A DNA stretch of 64,000 nucleotides from Octopus vulgaris (lineage: Eukaryota). Location of the stretch: contig OX597828.1 of assembly GCA_951406725.2 (NCBI GenBank), positions 8,184,001-8,248,000 of the forward strand. The letters run 5' to 3'. The translations under genes were made by a program, and so were the position numbers. Shown piece after piece: positions 1-13,663 of the stretch (positions are counted from its first letter, which is position 1; each line of letters begins with the position of its first letter). The notes beneath the pieces were generated by a model that was not told the DNA's origin, ran no database searches, and worked only from the letters and a program-made list of their open reading frames with translations.

Positions 1-575
1 TTGAATCTTTCTATCGGTGTTGACTGGAAAATCTCAAAGGATAGTGACATTTTTATCTTGAACGACCAGTAAGTAAGAGTGCTGATTTTGTAGTGTTTAC
101 ATATTTTCCAGTGTAAATACTGCCCTACGCTATCATGAGGATTTTGTATACATTTCATGTCAGCACAGGATATCCAGAAGGGTGATGGTCTATTGTTTCA
201 TCAACTGTGTGGCAGAATCTGCATTTAGGGTCAGTGCCGTTTTGGAGAACTTGGGCCTGGTAGTTTCTGGTAAGTAAGCTTTCATATTGTGGCGCCTTCA
301 GTCTCTGCTTTCATTCCTGAGCTTCTCAGCCCCTGATGGATTGCTGTTTGGTCTACATCAGTATTTTGACTTCAAAGAATATACTGACTATGCAGGGGCT
401 TCTGACTCCATCACTCCTCGGTTTGTTTCTGCCCGTTCTTTTTTGCAGTTTGCTTGATTCGTTTTATTTCCTTGGGAGCAGGGGGTTTCAGGTTCTTCAT
501 CTAATTCAGGGTCAATGCCAACTTCCCTAGCAAATTTACAAACATCCTTGACAGTAGAGTGTGACGTTTTGCTGC
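1..575 (-). mobile_element. R4/Dong-like non-LTR retrotransposon, C-terminal fragment (degenerate, runs off the window edge)
   Basis: Minus-strand translation across frameshifts gives QKPLHSQY...GLRSSGMKAETEG, the zinc knuckle DPKCRFCHTVDETIDH, and HDSVGQYLHWKICKHY. These are typical of the region before the restriction-like endonuclease of R4-clade elements. Confidence 0.85.
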
Positions 576-579
576 TAGT

Positions 580-801
<222 letters not shown>

Positions 802-802
802 C

Positions 803-986
803 AGGCAAGCAAGTAGAATCGTTAACACGCCGGAGATAACGCCTTTCGTACATCCTTATGTTCTGAGGTCAAATTCTGAGGTCGACTTTGCCTTTCATCC
901 TTTCGGGGTTGATGAAATAGTACCAGTGAAACACTGCGGTGGAAGTAATCGACTAGACATCTCCCCCCAAATTTTTCAGCCCTTGC
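803..986 (+). mobile_element. SINE family A, degenerate copy with the short tail type
   Basis: Contains the family core gaggtcgactttgcctttcatcctttcggggttgatgaaatagtaccag shared with more than 10 other copies in the window. Confidence 0.8.
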
Positions 987-994
987 CATGAGTC

Positions 995-1440
995 TTTATT
1001 AAGATTCCAGCTCCATAACTAACTACTACGACTGCGTGCGAATTTATTGCCGAAATTATGTTTCTGACACTCACATTTGAGGTCAGTATTTTCCTCATTC
1101 GCCGCAAGTATTCGCTTTCTTCCTTTGTCTATCATGTGGTGTTTGATTCCATCTGCCTTAACTATTCCCAGGTACTTATAACTGGATTGAGGTTGAATTG
1201 CCTCCGTCATTCACCACTTGATAGCTTTATGCCTTCTGTCCTAGCAAGGTTTCCTCGTATCATTACCGTTGAAGCACATTTTGTGAGTCCAAACTTCATC
1301 TTTATATCATTGGAGAAAAACTGCTCAGACTGGACTAATGCTGTCCAGTTCTGCCTTAGTTTTTGTGAATAGCTTAAGGTTGTCCATGAATAGCACAGGG
1401 TTGTATGTCTTCTCTTGCAGCTTCTGATAATTAGATCATC
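995..1440 (-). mobile_element. R4/Dong-like reverse transcriptase fragment
   Basis: Minus strand: VLFMDNLKL (degenerate catalytic motif), YKYLG, EEYLRRMRKIL, ISAINSHAVVVVSYGAG. Confidence 0.8.
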
Positions 1441-1450
1441 AATTAAGAGC

Positions 1451-2086
1451 TTATCCTATGATGATCTGCGACACGAGGGATGGTTCTTCAGCTGCACATT
1501 GACGGGGATCTTGACAGACTTCGACGTGATGTTCTTCCTTCTCAGTTGTCAGTAGGTTGGGGTCAAACTTGGCAAAGGTATGCCGCATGGTCAATTCATC
1601 CATAAGAAAGGTCATCAATATCAGTAATGTCGTTGTATGTACTCCGGCGATCTTCATGCACAAGCTGGTGCTTTTTTCTCTACATATCCGAGATGACGCT
1701 CGTGACAGATCTTCCAGATCGCTCATCATCGTCCAGGGACGTTCTTCCACCTTTGAAGCGCCCATGCCACTTAAAACATTGCACGCGACCCATTGCCTCG
1801 TCGCTGGAAGCTTACCGAAGCATGCTCGATGTTTCTGTAGCAGGCTTCAGAAATTTAACGCGAAATATCACGTTGGCTCTTTGTTCGAACTTCTTCTCCA
1901 TGTGAACAACATACAGGTAACCACTAGCAAAAAGAAAATCAGAACTTCCGAAATATACACATCGTTGTCACTCGGTATACTACCTCATGAAGTTCACTGC
2001 TAGCTCTCACTGCACACGTAACCGTGTGCTGCCATCTGTTGGCGTGCTACAGAACTAGTCCGGAAACTTTTTGATACCACCCTGTA
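1451..2086 (-). mobile_element. Mariner (Tc1/mariner) transposon, 5' part with TIR and decayed transposase N-terminus
   Basis: Terminus reads TACAGGGTGGTATCAAAAAGTTTCCGGA on the minus strand, starting at TA 2085-2086. Translated motifs DDERSGRS, AKFDPNLLT (WVPxxL-type linker) and QIIIG (IITGDE-like). Truncated before the DDD domain. Confidence 0.85.
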
Positions 2087-2409
2087 TTCAGCTCCCATCA
2101 AGTGTTCTGGATCCCTAAGTTCCTAATAAAGAAGTATATTTCTTTTCCGATATGTTTACAAAAAGAATCTTCTAGCATGATTTGGAGATTTACGCATTAT
2201 GATATAATGGTTGTGATTATATTAGGGATTTGATTTAATATCTCTTTCCATTTCACTTCAAAATGGCTTCCGTGAAAAACAGGAAAAAATGAATGCGAAC
2301 ATGAACATAGTCAAGCTGATAAAAACAATCCCCATAACACCAATGATGTTAATTCACAGAATTTTTTTGTTACCATTCTCCCCACACGCACTCACGCGCG
2401 CACACACAC

Positions 2410-2460
<51 letters not shown>

Positions 2461-4032
2461 GCATGTCATGGTTTTTTGCAGCAATAACAAACATGAGTCT
2501 CAATAATACAGTGAACAGCAGCAACAAATCTTGCACTTATGCCAAACGAAGAAAAGATGTCCATTAAATTTGCTAAAAACGTTGCTTTGTGTAATACATA
2601 CTGAAATTCCACCATTCATTTCACTATTATTGCTATTAAAAGTCATGCACTGATCATGAATATACTTACCATAAAAAGGTCTACGTGACAGTGCTATATA
2701 GAAAAATACAGCTGCTTGTCTGAAATTTCATTCGAAACCAATCAAAAATCGAAGGTGGTGTATCTCTGTATAACCCAAAAGTAGTATTTCTTTAGGCCAT
2801 CAAAGGATCAGTTAATGCAGTCGAAGTTGATGTGTAAAGCCATAGTCCAAAGTTTGTTGCACAGTGTTGAAAACTGGCGGAGTTGAAGAATCATGCATGA
2901 ACGACAAAATGAATGTCGTTTGTTTTGACATTGGCTGTTTTGTTTCTTCTCACTTTTGTAGTAAATTCTGAGCAATCGGTGAAATCAAAGTAATTAGATA
3001 AGATATGTTGATTTCGTGGTGTAAAAGATATGGAAGTTTAACTAACATCTGAAGACCCCAAGGCTTTTCTGGAACTGAGATCGCGTGTTTGTATAGAACT
3101 CAGAAAAATAAAAATAATAATAATAAAACGTTTCCAGTGCAGGACTGAATGTCCAGCTGCTACGCATGCAAACAATGTAGATTTGATGACACTCTCCACG
3201 GAACGACTCCAGACGTAGATATGATGAAATCAAGAAGACTAACAAAACAAAAACCACTGGTTATAGGAGGTACTGTTTATAAAACACCGTTGAGGGTACC
3301 AAAAACGGTTATTCGTCTCAGTACTGTAAGCAGTATCACCAGCACCTTACTTTTGTCTTGAGATGGTGAGGACATTGACAATGTACAGTATGTAGCAACG
3401 AGTAACTGAGAGAGTAAGATATAAACGGATAAAGCGCCTCGCCATCTTCCGCTAAATAAAGTGTAGACCAAGGTTAGGTGTGTAGGACGAACGAAGAGCC
3501 GATCTACAAATGTGAAAAATTCCCAGCCCTTCTAGCAAGAATGTACAATACGTAAACATACAACTGAAACAAGTAGCAAGATATAGAATTCAACGTGTAC
3601 ATTTGGAAGGAGATAGACTCTAATTATGCGAAATATGCAAGACGGAGATTGTTATAGAAAACCACATAACAGGATAGTGAAAACCACATTGCAGAATATT
3701 CACCGTACTTTTTCTCAGCTACTCTGGCATACGAGTTACGACGAGATTTTTTATGACAGTCTCTTTCCAGTACCTGCATGTAGGCTACACGGAGATGGAA
3801 GGTAGTCTGTGGCGAGGGGTGCGACGCATCACCTGTATGTAGCTAATTTGTCTTAAATTTTTCTATATTTAATTCTATTTCATTTATCTATATTCATACA
3901 CAAACATAATCGTATTTCCAGTTACGAATAATTTTAAAATGCTTTCACTCAAGAGATAACTTATACTCGCGTCTCATTTCCTGCAAAATTTAAAATCACC
4001 ACCACCACCACCACCATCACCAGCATCCCCCC

Positions 4033-4078
<46 letters not shown>

Positions 4079-4819
4079 ACACTGATATACCGAGTGAAAT
4101 CGCTGACTCTGTTTTCCACTTTGAAATATTATGAAACGAAAAGTTTTCTTTAGATTATGTACCATTCAAAACTTCAGTTGTCAGTAAATGTCTGTCCCTG
4201 AGAAACTAAAATATGTTTGTCTTTACAGATTTTATATTTTATTTCCTTTCACATTTTTGACAAATTTCTACGTCAAAACATCTACCAATCAAAGGAAAAG
4301 AAAAACATAACCTATCAACAACGTACATTGTAAAGAAAACATAACAAAAACGAATTGCATGGCAGAATAAATACTCACAAATAAAACAACAATAACAAGA
4401 ACAAAATAAACATTTAAAAGAAAAAGAAATTTTCTCGAATGTCTTAAATATTATGAACTATAACAGTAAAATCAATTGCAAAAAAAACTAGCACCCAGAC
4501 AAATATGTTAATCTTAGATATGTGTTGTTGCTTCTGTATCGAGAGTTAAACGCTATCGCTTTAGTGACGGAGATTTTGAATTGGACAAAGATCCCAGGAA
4601 AACTACTGACTCGGCGAACCGAATAAAACAATATAGCGTTCCTTTGCATCGAGAGTTAATTAAAAAAAAAAGGGGAAAAGTGATAGCAGTCGCTTTTGCA
4701 ACAGCAGCCTCGGTTGAGCAGAAGAAGGTTGAAATATTTTCCCATAACTCGGACATAACACACTGTTATGTCCAGTCATTCAAGACAGACCAAAACAAAG
4801 GTGATTATCAGGTCCATTA

Positions 4820-5048
4820 GACAAGATCTGGCAGAAACGTTAGCATGCTGGGCGAAATGCTTAGCGGTATTTCGTCTGCCGTTACGTTCTGAGTTCAAAT
4901 TCCACCGAGGTCGACTTTGCCTTTCATCCTTTCGGGGTCGATAAATTAAGTACCAGTTACGTACTGGGGTCGATGTAATCGACTTAATCCGTTTGTCGGT
5001 CCTTGTTTGTCCCCTCTATGTTTAGCCCCTTGTGGGTAGTAAAGAAAC
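4820..5048 (+). mobile_element. SINE family A, long tail type
   Basis: A-box-like tggcagaaacgtt, B-box gagttcaaattcc, family core, tail tttgtcccctctatgtttagccccttgtgggtagtaaagaaa. Confidence 0.9.
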
Positions 5049-5526
5049 AGAGATTCATATGCTGGCCATTACCTTTGTATTACGGCATGGACTAGCGGTT
5101 AGCGAAATTGTGTTAAGGAGGTGGGGGATATGTGATCAGAAGGTATTATGAAATAGCAAGTCCTAATGAACCCGGAAGCTACAGTAATGTGCAGTTGAGG
5201 GCACTAAAACACAAAGTGGCCTCAAACTAATGCTGCAGAGGGAAATGCTTAGTTGCTATACATGTAGGAGTATAAAGCAGACGAGGGCATATAACTCTGA
5301 AAAAGGGAAATGATTAGGAATGCTGAAGGGAGGAGAAGCAGTGGTGAGTAACTAACGCTGAAAGAAGACCCGTTATTCATGGTCCAAATAATCGGCCAGG
5401 AAGAGTGGTCAATCTATGGCTGCAAGGGACGAGCCAACGACGATTCTTTTACAAGAATACTGCTGGCAGTGGACTTCAAAAGTGTCGGCCTACTTGTTTT
5501 TGATACTGTGGTACATTTGGGGTTTA

Positions 5527-5598
5527 ACTACTACTACTACTACTACTACAACAACGACTACTACTACTACCACCACCACCACCACCATAACCACCACC

Positions 5599-5636
<38 letters not shown>

Positions 5637-5730
5637 AACTACTACTACTACTACAACTACTACTACCACCACCACCACCACCAATACCACCACCATCAAT
5701 ACCACCACCACCACCACCACCACTACTACT
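5527..5730. repeat. (TAC)/(CAC) mixed microsatellite
   Basis: Visible directly. Confidence 0.97.
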
Positions 5731-5945
5731 AAAACGACAACAAAGCAACTGGTAAGTTTATTAACCCTGATAAAATAGGCTTAGGATTAAACGCTTTTCA
5801 ATAGTCAACACCCAAGCGTTTAGACAGTTTCATATATATCTGATGTGTATTTCCGCTATATCCTAAGATATTTGAGTGTGGTTGGAGTGAGATTTGGCTA
5901 CCATTTCTACGAAACTGTACTACCACGAGACAAGCTCGGAAACTA

Positions 5946-6156
5946 ATTTCAAATCTTGGCGCAAAGCCAAGTTTGAGAGGAGTGGTTAGCCGAATATTTC
6001 GACTCCATTGCTTAACTGGTACTTATTTTATCGAGCATGAAAAGTTGTAAGGCAAAGTTGACCACGGCGGAATTTGAACTCAGATCATAAAGACAGACGA
6101 AATACTACTGAGTATTTTCCCCCGCGTACTAACCATTTTGCCAGCTGGCCACCTTA
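5946..6156 (-). mobile_element. SINE family A, old copy with short tail
   Basis: Reverse complement of family core (ggcaaagttgaccacggcggaatttgaactcag) and head. Confidence 0.75.
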
Positions 6157-6404
6157 AACAACCCTAATATTAGCTAGTGTTGTATCTTATGTTACCCTCT
6201 TTAACATTGTGAGTTCAGATTTAACATGTTCGGGTCAATGTTCACCTAGAGTCAACGTAAATGAGTGCAGTCAAAAAACAGGAGTCGCCGAAGGAAATAT
6301 AACCCTACCGCCGCTCAGGTTGGTTAAAAATGTTTCTACACGTGCAAGAAATAACCATTGTTCTGTGATAAAGTGAGTCAGTTGTTGCTTTTGTAGCTGT
6401 CGTT

Positions 6405-6471
<67 letters not shown>

Positions 6472-6502
6472 CAGCAGCACCAGCAGCAGTAGCAGCACCA
6501 GC

Positions 6503-6555
<53 letters not shown>
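6405..6555. repeat. (TAG)/(CAG) microsatellite
   Basis: Visible directly. Confidence 0.97.
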
Positions 6556-6556
<1 letters not shown>

Positions 6557-7497
6557 TAAACCCAAGTTTTATCTATATAGGCAAAACTTATTCCGAAACA
6601 CGTTCCAGCATTGACCATCTCATGATTTTCTCCTTTCATGACTATAGTAAGAGCATGTGAGGGATATTTGGCTGTTATTTCTCTCTGCTGGAGTGAACAG
6701 GTAGTGGCTTTTCCATGCCCGGAGACACTATTATACCATGTCGATCTAATTACATCACAGTCGTTACATGATGCACCTCTTCCTCTCCCAAACCCTAACT
6801 TCTAATTTTCACACCAACACATATAAATTAGTCTAGTACTGTGTCGAAAGAAATCAATGTTCCGCTGGATGTATTATTTATGAAGATTTCATAATCAATA
6901 CACTTTCATTGTGTTCTCTGTCTTGTAATGTCTTTTCTGTGTATTTTGAACTAGATTGCCTGCCATTTACTTTTCCTTCTAATTGTGATGTCTCAGTTGA
7001 TTTTATTGAACAACTAAGGATTGGCGGAATGCTGAAAACGCTGGAGGTAAAAAAAAAATCCTACCCCTTGACTCACCCAGCAAATTCTCTGCAAAATTAA
7101 CAAGCAAACACCGCCAATCACTTGATTGATCTTAATGAAATCTAATCTCTTTTAAGAGCATGTTTCTAATTTTGCATATAGTCGGCTCTGATGTTATAAC
7201 ATTCCTTATTCGCCAACACTAAAGTGGTTTCTTGTAGCTTCCTGTCGTTTTTCATAAAGTCTTAACATCTAGGAAATAGTTAATGGAGAAAGTAATGTTA
7301 AATCCCAACACGCGAAGATTTATGATATAAATATAAAGCGATATTTGAAAGTGTGAATATAAGAGGTTTACTGGAGCCGAATACTCTCTATTCAACTTGC
7401 TAGATATGGCAGCTCAACGTCCCTTGAATCGTATCCGAGCATACGTTGAATAGTATAGCTCCAGTCATGAATTTTCTTAAATTATGCGAAATATAAT

Positions 7498-7805
7498 GGG
7501 CGCATGGCTCAGTGGTTAGAGCGTTGAGCTTAAGATCGTGAGGTGGTGATTTCGAATCCTGGACCGGGCTGCGTGTTGTGTTCTTGAGCAAGACCCTTTA
7601 TTTCACGATGCTCCAGTTCACTCAGCTGTAGAAATATGTTGCGATGTCACGGGTGCCAAGCTATATCGGCTGTTGGATAACACTGGTGGCGTGAAGAGGG
7701 GAGGCCAGTGTGCATGGGCGACTGCTGGTCTTCCTTAAATAACCCAGCCCGGACTTGTGCCTAAGAGGGTAACTTTCTAGGTGCGATCCGAAGACCGAAT
7801 GGGCT
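7498..7805 (+). mobile_element. SINE family B: tRNA head plus CORE-like domain
   Basis: Head gggcgcatggctcagtggttagagcg...ttcgaatcc, then tgtgttcttgagcaagac...ctcagctgtagaaat resembling the CORE domain. Second copy at 44829-45131 (-). Confidence 0.8.
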
Positions 7806-8091
7806 CTCAATATATCACGGGACAATTAAGGAAGTTCGACATAGTTCGTCGATCTGTCAGACATAACAGCCCAACCTATTTTACATCACATTCTACTGTC
7901 TTTTGAAAATCAAGGACACTTGAGATAATATATTCCTACATAGGTAACACAATAATCCAAAGAATATACTTTACAAACCAATGAAGATGCATCTACTTAG
8001 TTGTATGATCTAATAAAAATAACAGTTCTCTCTCCCTCAAATTATACCCTACCGTTTTGGCAAAATCCCCAGATACTCTTAAAAACATTAA

Positions 8092-8296
8092 TTTCAAATT
8101 TTGGCACAAGGCCAGCAATTTCTGAGTAAAAGACTAGTCAGTTACATCAGCCTCACTGCCACTCTTTCTATTGAACCCGCGAGGATTAAAGGCAAATTCT
8201 GTCTCTGCGGTATTTGAACTCGGAATGCAAAGATGGACAAAATGCCGCTAAGCATTTTACCCGGCCTGCTAATGACTCAGCCAGTTCGTTGCCTTA
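8092..8296 (-). mobile_element. SINE family A, short tail
   Basis: Reverse-complement match to family A head, B-box and core. Confidence 0.75.
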
Positions 8297-8325
8297 ATAA
8301 TATTCAAAAATATTATCTCGTATAC

Positions 8326-8530
8326 AAAACGGTGAACCCTCCGAGAAAAAATGCTTAGTGACATTTCGGCCGTCTTTAAGTTCCGAGTTCAAATTCCACG
8401 GAGGTTAATTTTTGCCTTTCAATTCTTTCGGGGTCGTTAAAATAAATATCAGCTGAGCACTGGGATCGATGTAATTGACTTCCTCCTACCACGTAAATGC
8501 TTGTCTTGTATGTAAATTAGAAACCAATAA
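8326..8530 (+). mobile_element. SINE family A, short tail
   Basis: gagttcaaattccacggagg...gcctttcaattctttcggggtcg. Confidence 0.75.
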
Positions 8531-8849
8531 TATTATCCTAAACAGACATGCTTATGAAAAGCATTAATTGACAAAGTCAACCAACAACAGGTCTACAAGT
8601 ATTCGTTAAATTTCGAAGTGGCTGTTGAAACCTTTCAAATCACACGTAACGATCTTTACAAAGACGGGAAAGCGTTTTGAATTACGTACATCTATACAGT
8701 ATGGGAACTATGGATAGCATAGTAAAGTATAGAACGGTTTGGATTATAGATTTATGTGATCAGGACTGAAAAATGTCTAAATAACAAGGAAAACAATAAT
8801 CTCATCTATTGAACCGCTTCTCTGTAAGCGAGCATTGTTTTTTTTTCTT

Positions 8850-9214
8850 TTGGAGTGAGGTTTAAGTCGATTACATCGATTCTAGTGCTTAACTTGTACT
8901 TATTTCACCGACTCCGAAAGGTTTAAAGGCAAAGTTGACCGTAGCAGAATTTGAACTTATAACGTAAAGAGTGACGAAATACCTATTTCTTTACTACCCA
9001 CAAGGGGCTAAATACAGAGAGGACAAACAAGGACAGACAAAAGGACTAAGTGGATTATATCGACCACAGTACGCAACTGGTACTTATTTAATCGACCCCG
9101 AAAGGATGAAAGGCAAAGTCGACCTCGGCGGAATTCGAATTCAGAACGTAGCGGCAGACGAAATATTCCTAAGCATTTCGCCCGGTGTGCTAACGTTTCT
9201 GCCAGCTCGCCGCC
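8850..9214 (-). mobile_element. Two SINE family A units in tandem: full long-tail copy 8984-9214 and headless older copy 8850-8983
   Basis: Family core ccgaaagg...aaaggcaaagt occurs twice, near 8915 and near 9100. Confidence 0.85.
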
Positions 9215-9479
9215 ATAAAAAATATTACGCTTAATCGATGTAGGTGAAATTCGAACCTGTACGGAAATATTCCACTGGATTTCAATGTTCAACGACTACA
9301 GCTAGGTCTATGTAGGAAATATTGAAATTGTTATTAAGAGCAAACGAAACATTTGTGACGAACACACCTATCACCACAATTTACAACATTGCAAATACGA
9401 TGTAAGAAATGGAAAATTAATTGGTGTCTTTCAGTGCCAGAAGTAACTCTCAAACTCTCTTTAAGAAGTAACTCTTAAA

Positions 9480-9710
9480 AGCGGCAAGCTGGCAGAAACG
9501 TTAGCACGCCGGGCGAAATGCTCAGCAGTATTTCGTCTGCCGTTACGTTCTGAGTTCAAATTCCGCCGAGATCGACTTTGCCTTTCGTCCTTTCGGGGTC
9601 GATTAAATAAGTACCAGTTACGCACTGGGGTCGATATAATCGACTTAATCCGTTTGTCTGTCCTTGTTTGTCCCCTCTGTGTGTAGCCCCTTGTGTTTAG
9701 TAAAGAAATA
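9480..9710 (+). mobile_element. SINE family A, long tail, young copy
   Basis: Nearly identical to the copies at 4820, 15304 and the reverse complement of 8984-9214. Confidence 0.92.
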
Positions 9711-10578
9711 TATATAAAACATTAAATTTCGATTTCATTAGTGTGTAAATTCGAGCAAAAGATGACCGAGCAAAACTGCAATTTGGATTTTGGTAACCTT
9801 TCATTATATCACATAAAAGGGTGCAGAGACAGATTGACGTATGAAACATATAATCAAGCCCTCAAACATAGGGGTCAAGTTATGGTAAAATGAGTTTTTA
9901 TAGAAAGACATATTTGACTTTTACACTTGTGTTCTATCAACACTATAGTGTTTCCATCTAGGAGTCAAAATTACTGACAAAAAGGTGATGGCTGAAAAAT
10001 TTAAAATAGTTTTACATACTCAAATATTTAAAGTTAAACAAGTAATTAATTACACATATTTCTCACTTTGCCTTTCGCATTATTGTTCACCCTTCCCCCT
10101 ACGCTATCTCTCCTCTCTCTCTCTCTCTCCCTATATATATATATACATATATATATACGTATATATGTATGTGTATATATATATACATACATACACACAT
10201 ACATACAAACATACACATCAAATTGATGATCACATTTTTCGTTAATCATATACGTATTACGGGTATTTCATTGAAATTACTCTGATGTATCAGGGAATAA
10301 CTTAGAAAGAGATCACGTTATGAAGTCACCGGAGAGTGCAATTGATAATAGTAAATAAAAATTATATATTATATGTGTCTGTGTATGTGTGTGTGTATAT
10401 GTGTGTGTATGTGTGTGTATGTGTGCGTGTGGGTGTATGCGTCCATTAGTGTGTCAAGTGTGAGTCAGAAATACTAAATAGGAAGCCTTACTGGAAACTG
10501 AATTATTACAAATTGTCAATTTAAATTTCTTATTCAAGATCAACAGAAAATAGCCATGAGAATGTTTTATGTGTACAC

Positions 10579-10614
<36 letters not shown>

Positions 10615-10856
10615 TACACACACATAGGGAGAAACACACACACACACAAGAATGCACACATGAACACCCACACACACACGTAAACACACAAATAAACAAA
10701 CATGTACATCAACTCTAACTATTGAAGAGGTTAGTCACAGGACAAAACAATAATAAAAAAACTGCTCGACGTGAAAGAGATGATGTCGCATGGTGTTGCA
10801 TTTGTTTGCAGTGCAGGTGACAATGACGATGATGATGATGGTGCTGGTGCTAGTAT

Positions 10857-10857
<1 letters not shown>

Positions 10858-10916
<59 letters not shown>

Positions 10917-10923
10917 TAGTAGT
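10858..10923. repeat. (TAG)n microsatellite
   Basis: Visible directly. Confidence 0.97.
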
Positions 10924-11939
10924 AACGCACATTTTCTGCTTTCGTGCACTACACCCATGCCACATGAAATTATCTATATGATGTGGCTGAAATTTTTCAA
11001 TGGGATAAACTTGGCCTAGACATTCAATCTGTTCAGTTCCGCAGAATATTATTTTCTCTTTCACTTTCTCACACTTACATATGTTGAGACAGTGACACAT
11101 CTACACGAACATAAATGTCTACGTGTTTATCCACACACACACACACACACACACACACCCACACACACACACACATACACGTATACGCATCATGCATACA
11201 TAAATACATACATACATACGTATGTACATACAAACTTATGCAATTTTATATTTCAGCCTCAGGATATTATTAGTTAAGGAACAAAAACTGGTCGCAATAT
11301 TTTTATATTTCACTTTAATCATCCTTCATTTCATTATTTAGCATATATGCATATATGACGTAAATTCTAGAATATGTTCATGCAATAAGCGACAAAAATA
11401 GGATTCACAAAAAATTGAAACAGTCAGATTGATCTGAGTTTTAAACAGTTTTCTTTTTCGTTTTCGTTATTATATTGTGTGATGCTGAACATTGCATGAA
11501 AAACTTCTTAACTGACATGGATCATTGAATTTGATCCAGCTAAGCATTGCACTGACCTTGAAGCGGAAAAGGAATCGCTCAAGAAAAGTAAGGATTAAAT
11601 AAAGAATGAAACAAATATAAATACCAAGGATAGCAGAAATTCAAGGAAAGAAAAAAAAAAGCACAAAGGTTATGTGCAAGTGAATTGTAAAAAAAAAATT
11701 GAAGTGAATAATACGGCAGAGCAACAAGAGTAGCGACAAGAAAATTGTCTAAAAAATATATGTATCTTACAAGCATGGAGAGAGACACCAGTGGAGCTTA
11801 AAATGAATTTTATAACATGTATGCAGTAACAATACCGCTTTATATGTTTGGACATCTCATTTTACATATTTATAGTTTAGACATTTAAGTTTGCTGCTCA
11901 GGATCTTCTCCCATTTACGCCAATATGTATGTGTGAGTT

Positions 11940-12045
11940 TATACATACATACATACATACATACTTACATACTTACATACATACATACATGCACACACAC
12001 ACACACAAACACATATATATATATATATATACATATATATATACG

Positions 12046-12077
<32 letters not shown>

Positions 12078-12165
12078 TATAAATATACGTATACACACAC
12101 ATATATATATACATATATATACATGTATACACATACATATATATACATATACTATATTTATATTC

Positions 12166-12196
<31 letters not shown>

Positions 12197-12370
12197 TTTA
12201 TATATATTTGTGTTTATATATATATATATATATATATATTCACACACATATATGCATGTATTCGCACACACGTACACACACTCTCACGCACACCAACACA
12301 CGCACTTCAATATGTACGTGTATATGCATATATAACTCTGTATCTGTGAGTATATATATGCATGTGTGCC
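11940..12370. repeat. Compound (TACA)/(CA)/(TA) low-complexity array
   Basis: Visible directly. Confidence 0.95.
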
Positions 12371-12768
12371 TGCAAATATGTATATTTGTGCGTTCGTAGG
12401 TGTTTTCTATTCAATGGTTCAACAAGCAAATCCGAAGGCTTCTTGGTTAATTTTCTTAATATATTCTTGGAAATTTCAATTGCAGTCGTTCTTTTTCTTT
12501 TTGAAAGTGAACAAATTTAAAAAAAGAATAGTTTTCAGTAAATATCAATAATAAAGTCTAATATTACCAGCTTTCTTCCCGAAATTGCGTGAAATGTCTG
12601 ATGTCACGTTCCTTCTTCACAACGCCTTTTTTTTTCTTTTTGCCGAAGCTCAAGAAAAAATGTAAGTATTATTATTGTTGCTGTTTTTGTAGTTGTTATT
12701 ATTATCATTATTATTATTATTATTGCCTTTCTGAATATTTTCGTTATTGTTGTTGTTATCCTCATGGC

Positions 12769-12769
<1 letters not shown>

Positions 12770-12865
<96 letters not shown>
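12770..12865. repeat. (CAG)n(TAG)n microsatellite
   Basis: Visible directly. Confidence 0.97.
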
Positions 12866-13244
12866 CCGCAGTAGCACCATTTATTTTCATATTATTAAAG
12901 ATAAAATATGGCAGAATTTTTACTTAACAACCGAATAAGCAAATAGGAAAGGAAAAAAAAAAAAAGAACGGTTAAGAAAATTAAAAGTAATTTACTTTCT
13001 TTTTTCTGAAAGATTTTTATCATCACACCTTTTAGCATTATATAGAATTGAAAGAAAGAATTTTGAATTATTTGTTTACGTAAGTTTTTACTTTATTTCA
13101 TCAATGTAATTTATATATTAAAAAAATCAGCCGTGTCACTACACACCTGCAAATCCGTTTGCATGAATAATATTTTTTCTTTTGTATTCCTGTAATTTCA
13201 TAAACACAGAGATGGATAGACATGCGACTATATATATATATATA

Positions 13245-13590
13245 CTAGCAGTATCGCCCGGCGTTGCTCAGGTTTGTAAGGGAAATAACTAAAGCATTTT
13301 TAGAGAGTTATAGCAAAAAAAATGATGGTAATTTTTTTTTTTTTAGTTAAAAAAGGTGGAGTTGCGTCCCCTAGACAGTTTGCGGTTTGTGTTTCTAATT
13401 CTCGACCCCATGTCGAATTTATCGATTTTTTTCAGAACTGGGGGAACTTTTCAAAATTTTCGCTGCGTTAGTTTTGAATTATGACATTGGGCTATGTGTG
13501 TGTCAAGTTTCATCAGAATCGGTTGAAAGCCGTGGTCAGGGTGAGGGTACAAGCAAACAGACACACAGAAACACGCACAGACAAACTGCC

Positions 13591-13600
<10 letters not shown>
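13245..13600 (-). mobile_element. Non-autonomous Helitron-like element
   Basis: Minus strand ends in an imperfect GC hairpin (cctgagcaacgccggg) followed by CTAG then T at 13244. It begins in (TA)n with tatataaacggcagtttgtctgtg. The internal aagtttcatcagaatcgg and acagac repeats resemble small invertebrate Helitrons. Confidence 0.7.

Positions 13601-13663
<63 letters not shown>

Noticed and set aside
4550-4620. RFSDGDFELDKDPRK, resembling a mariner N-terminal motif
   Set aside because: Too short, with no TIR or further motifs.
7498-7570. tRNA gene-like sequence (also 45060-45131, 22060-22130, 25150-25218)
   Set aside because: No complete cloverleaf; each continues into a multi-copy SINE body.
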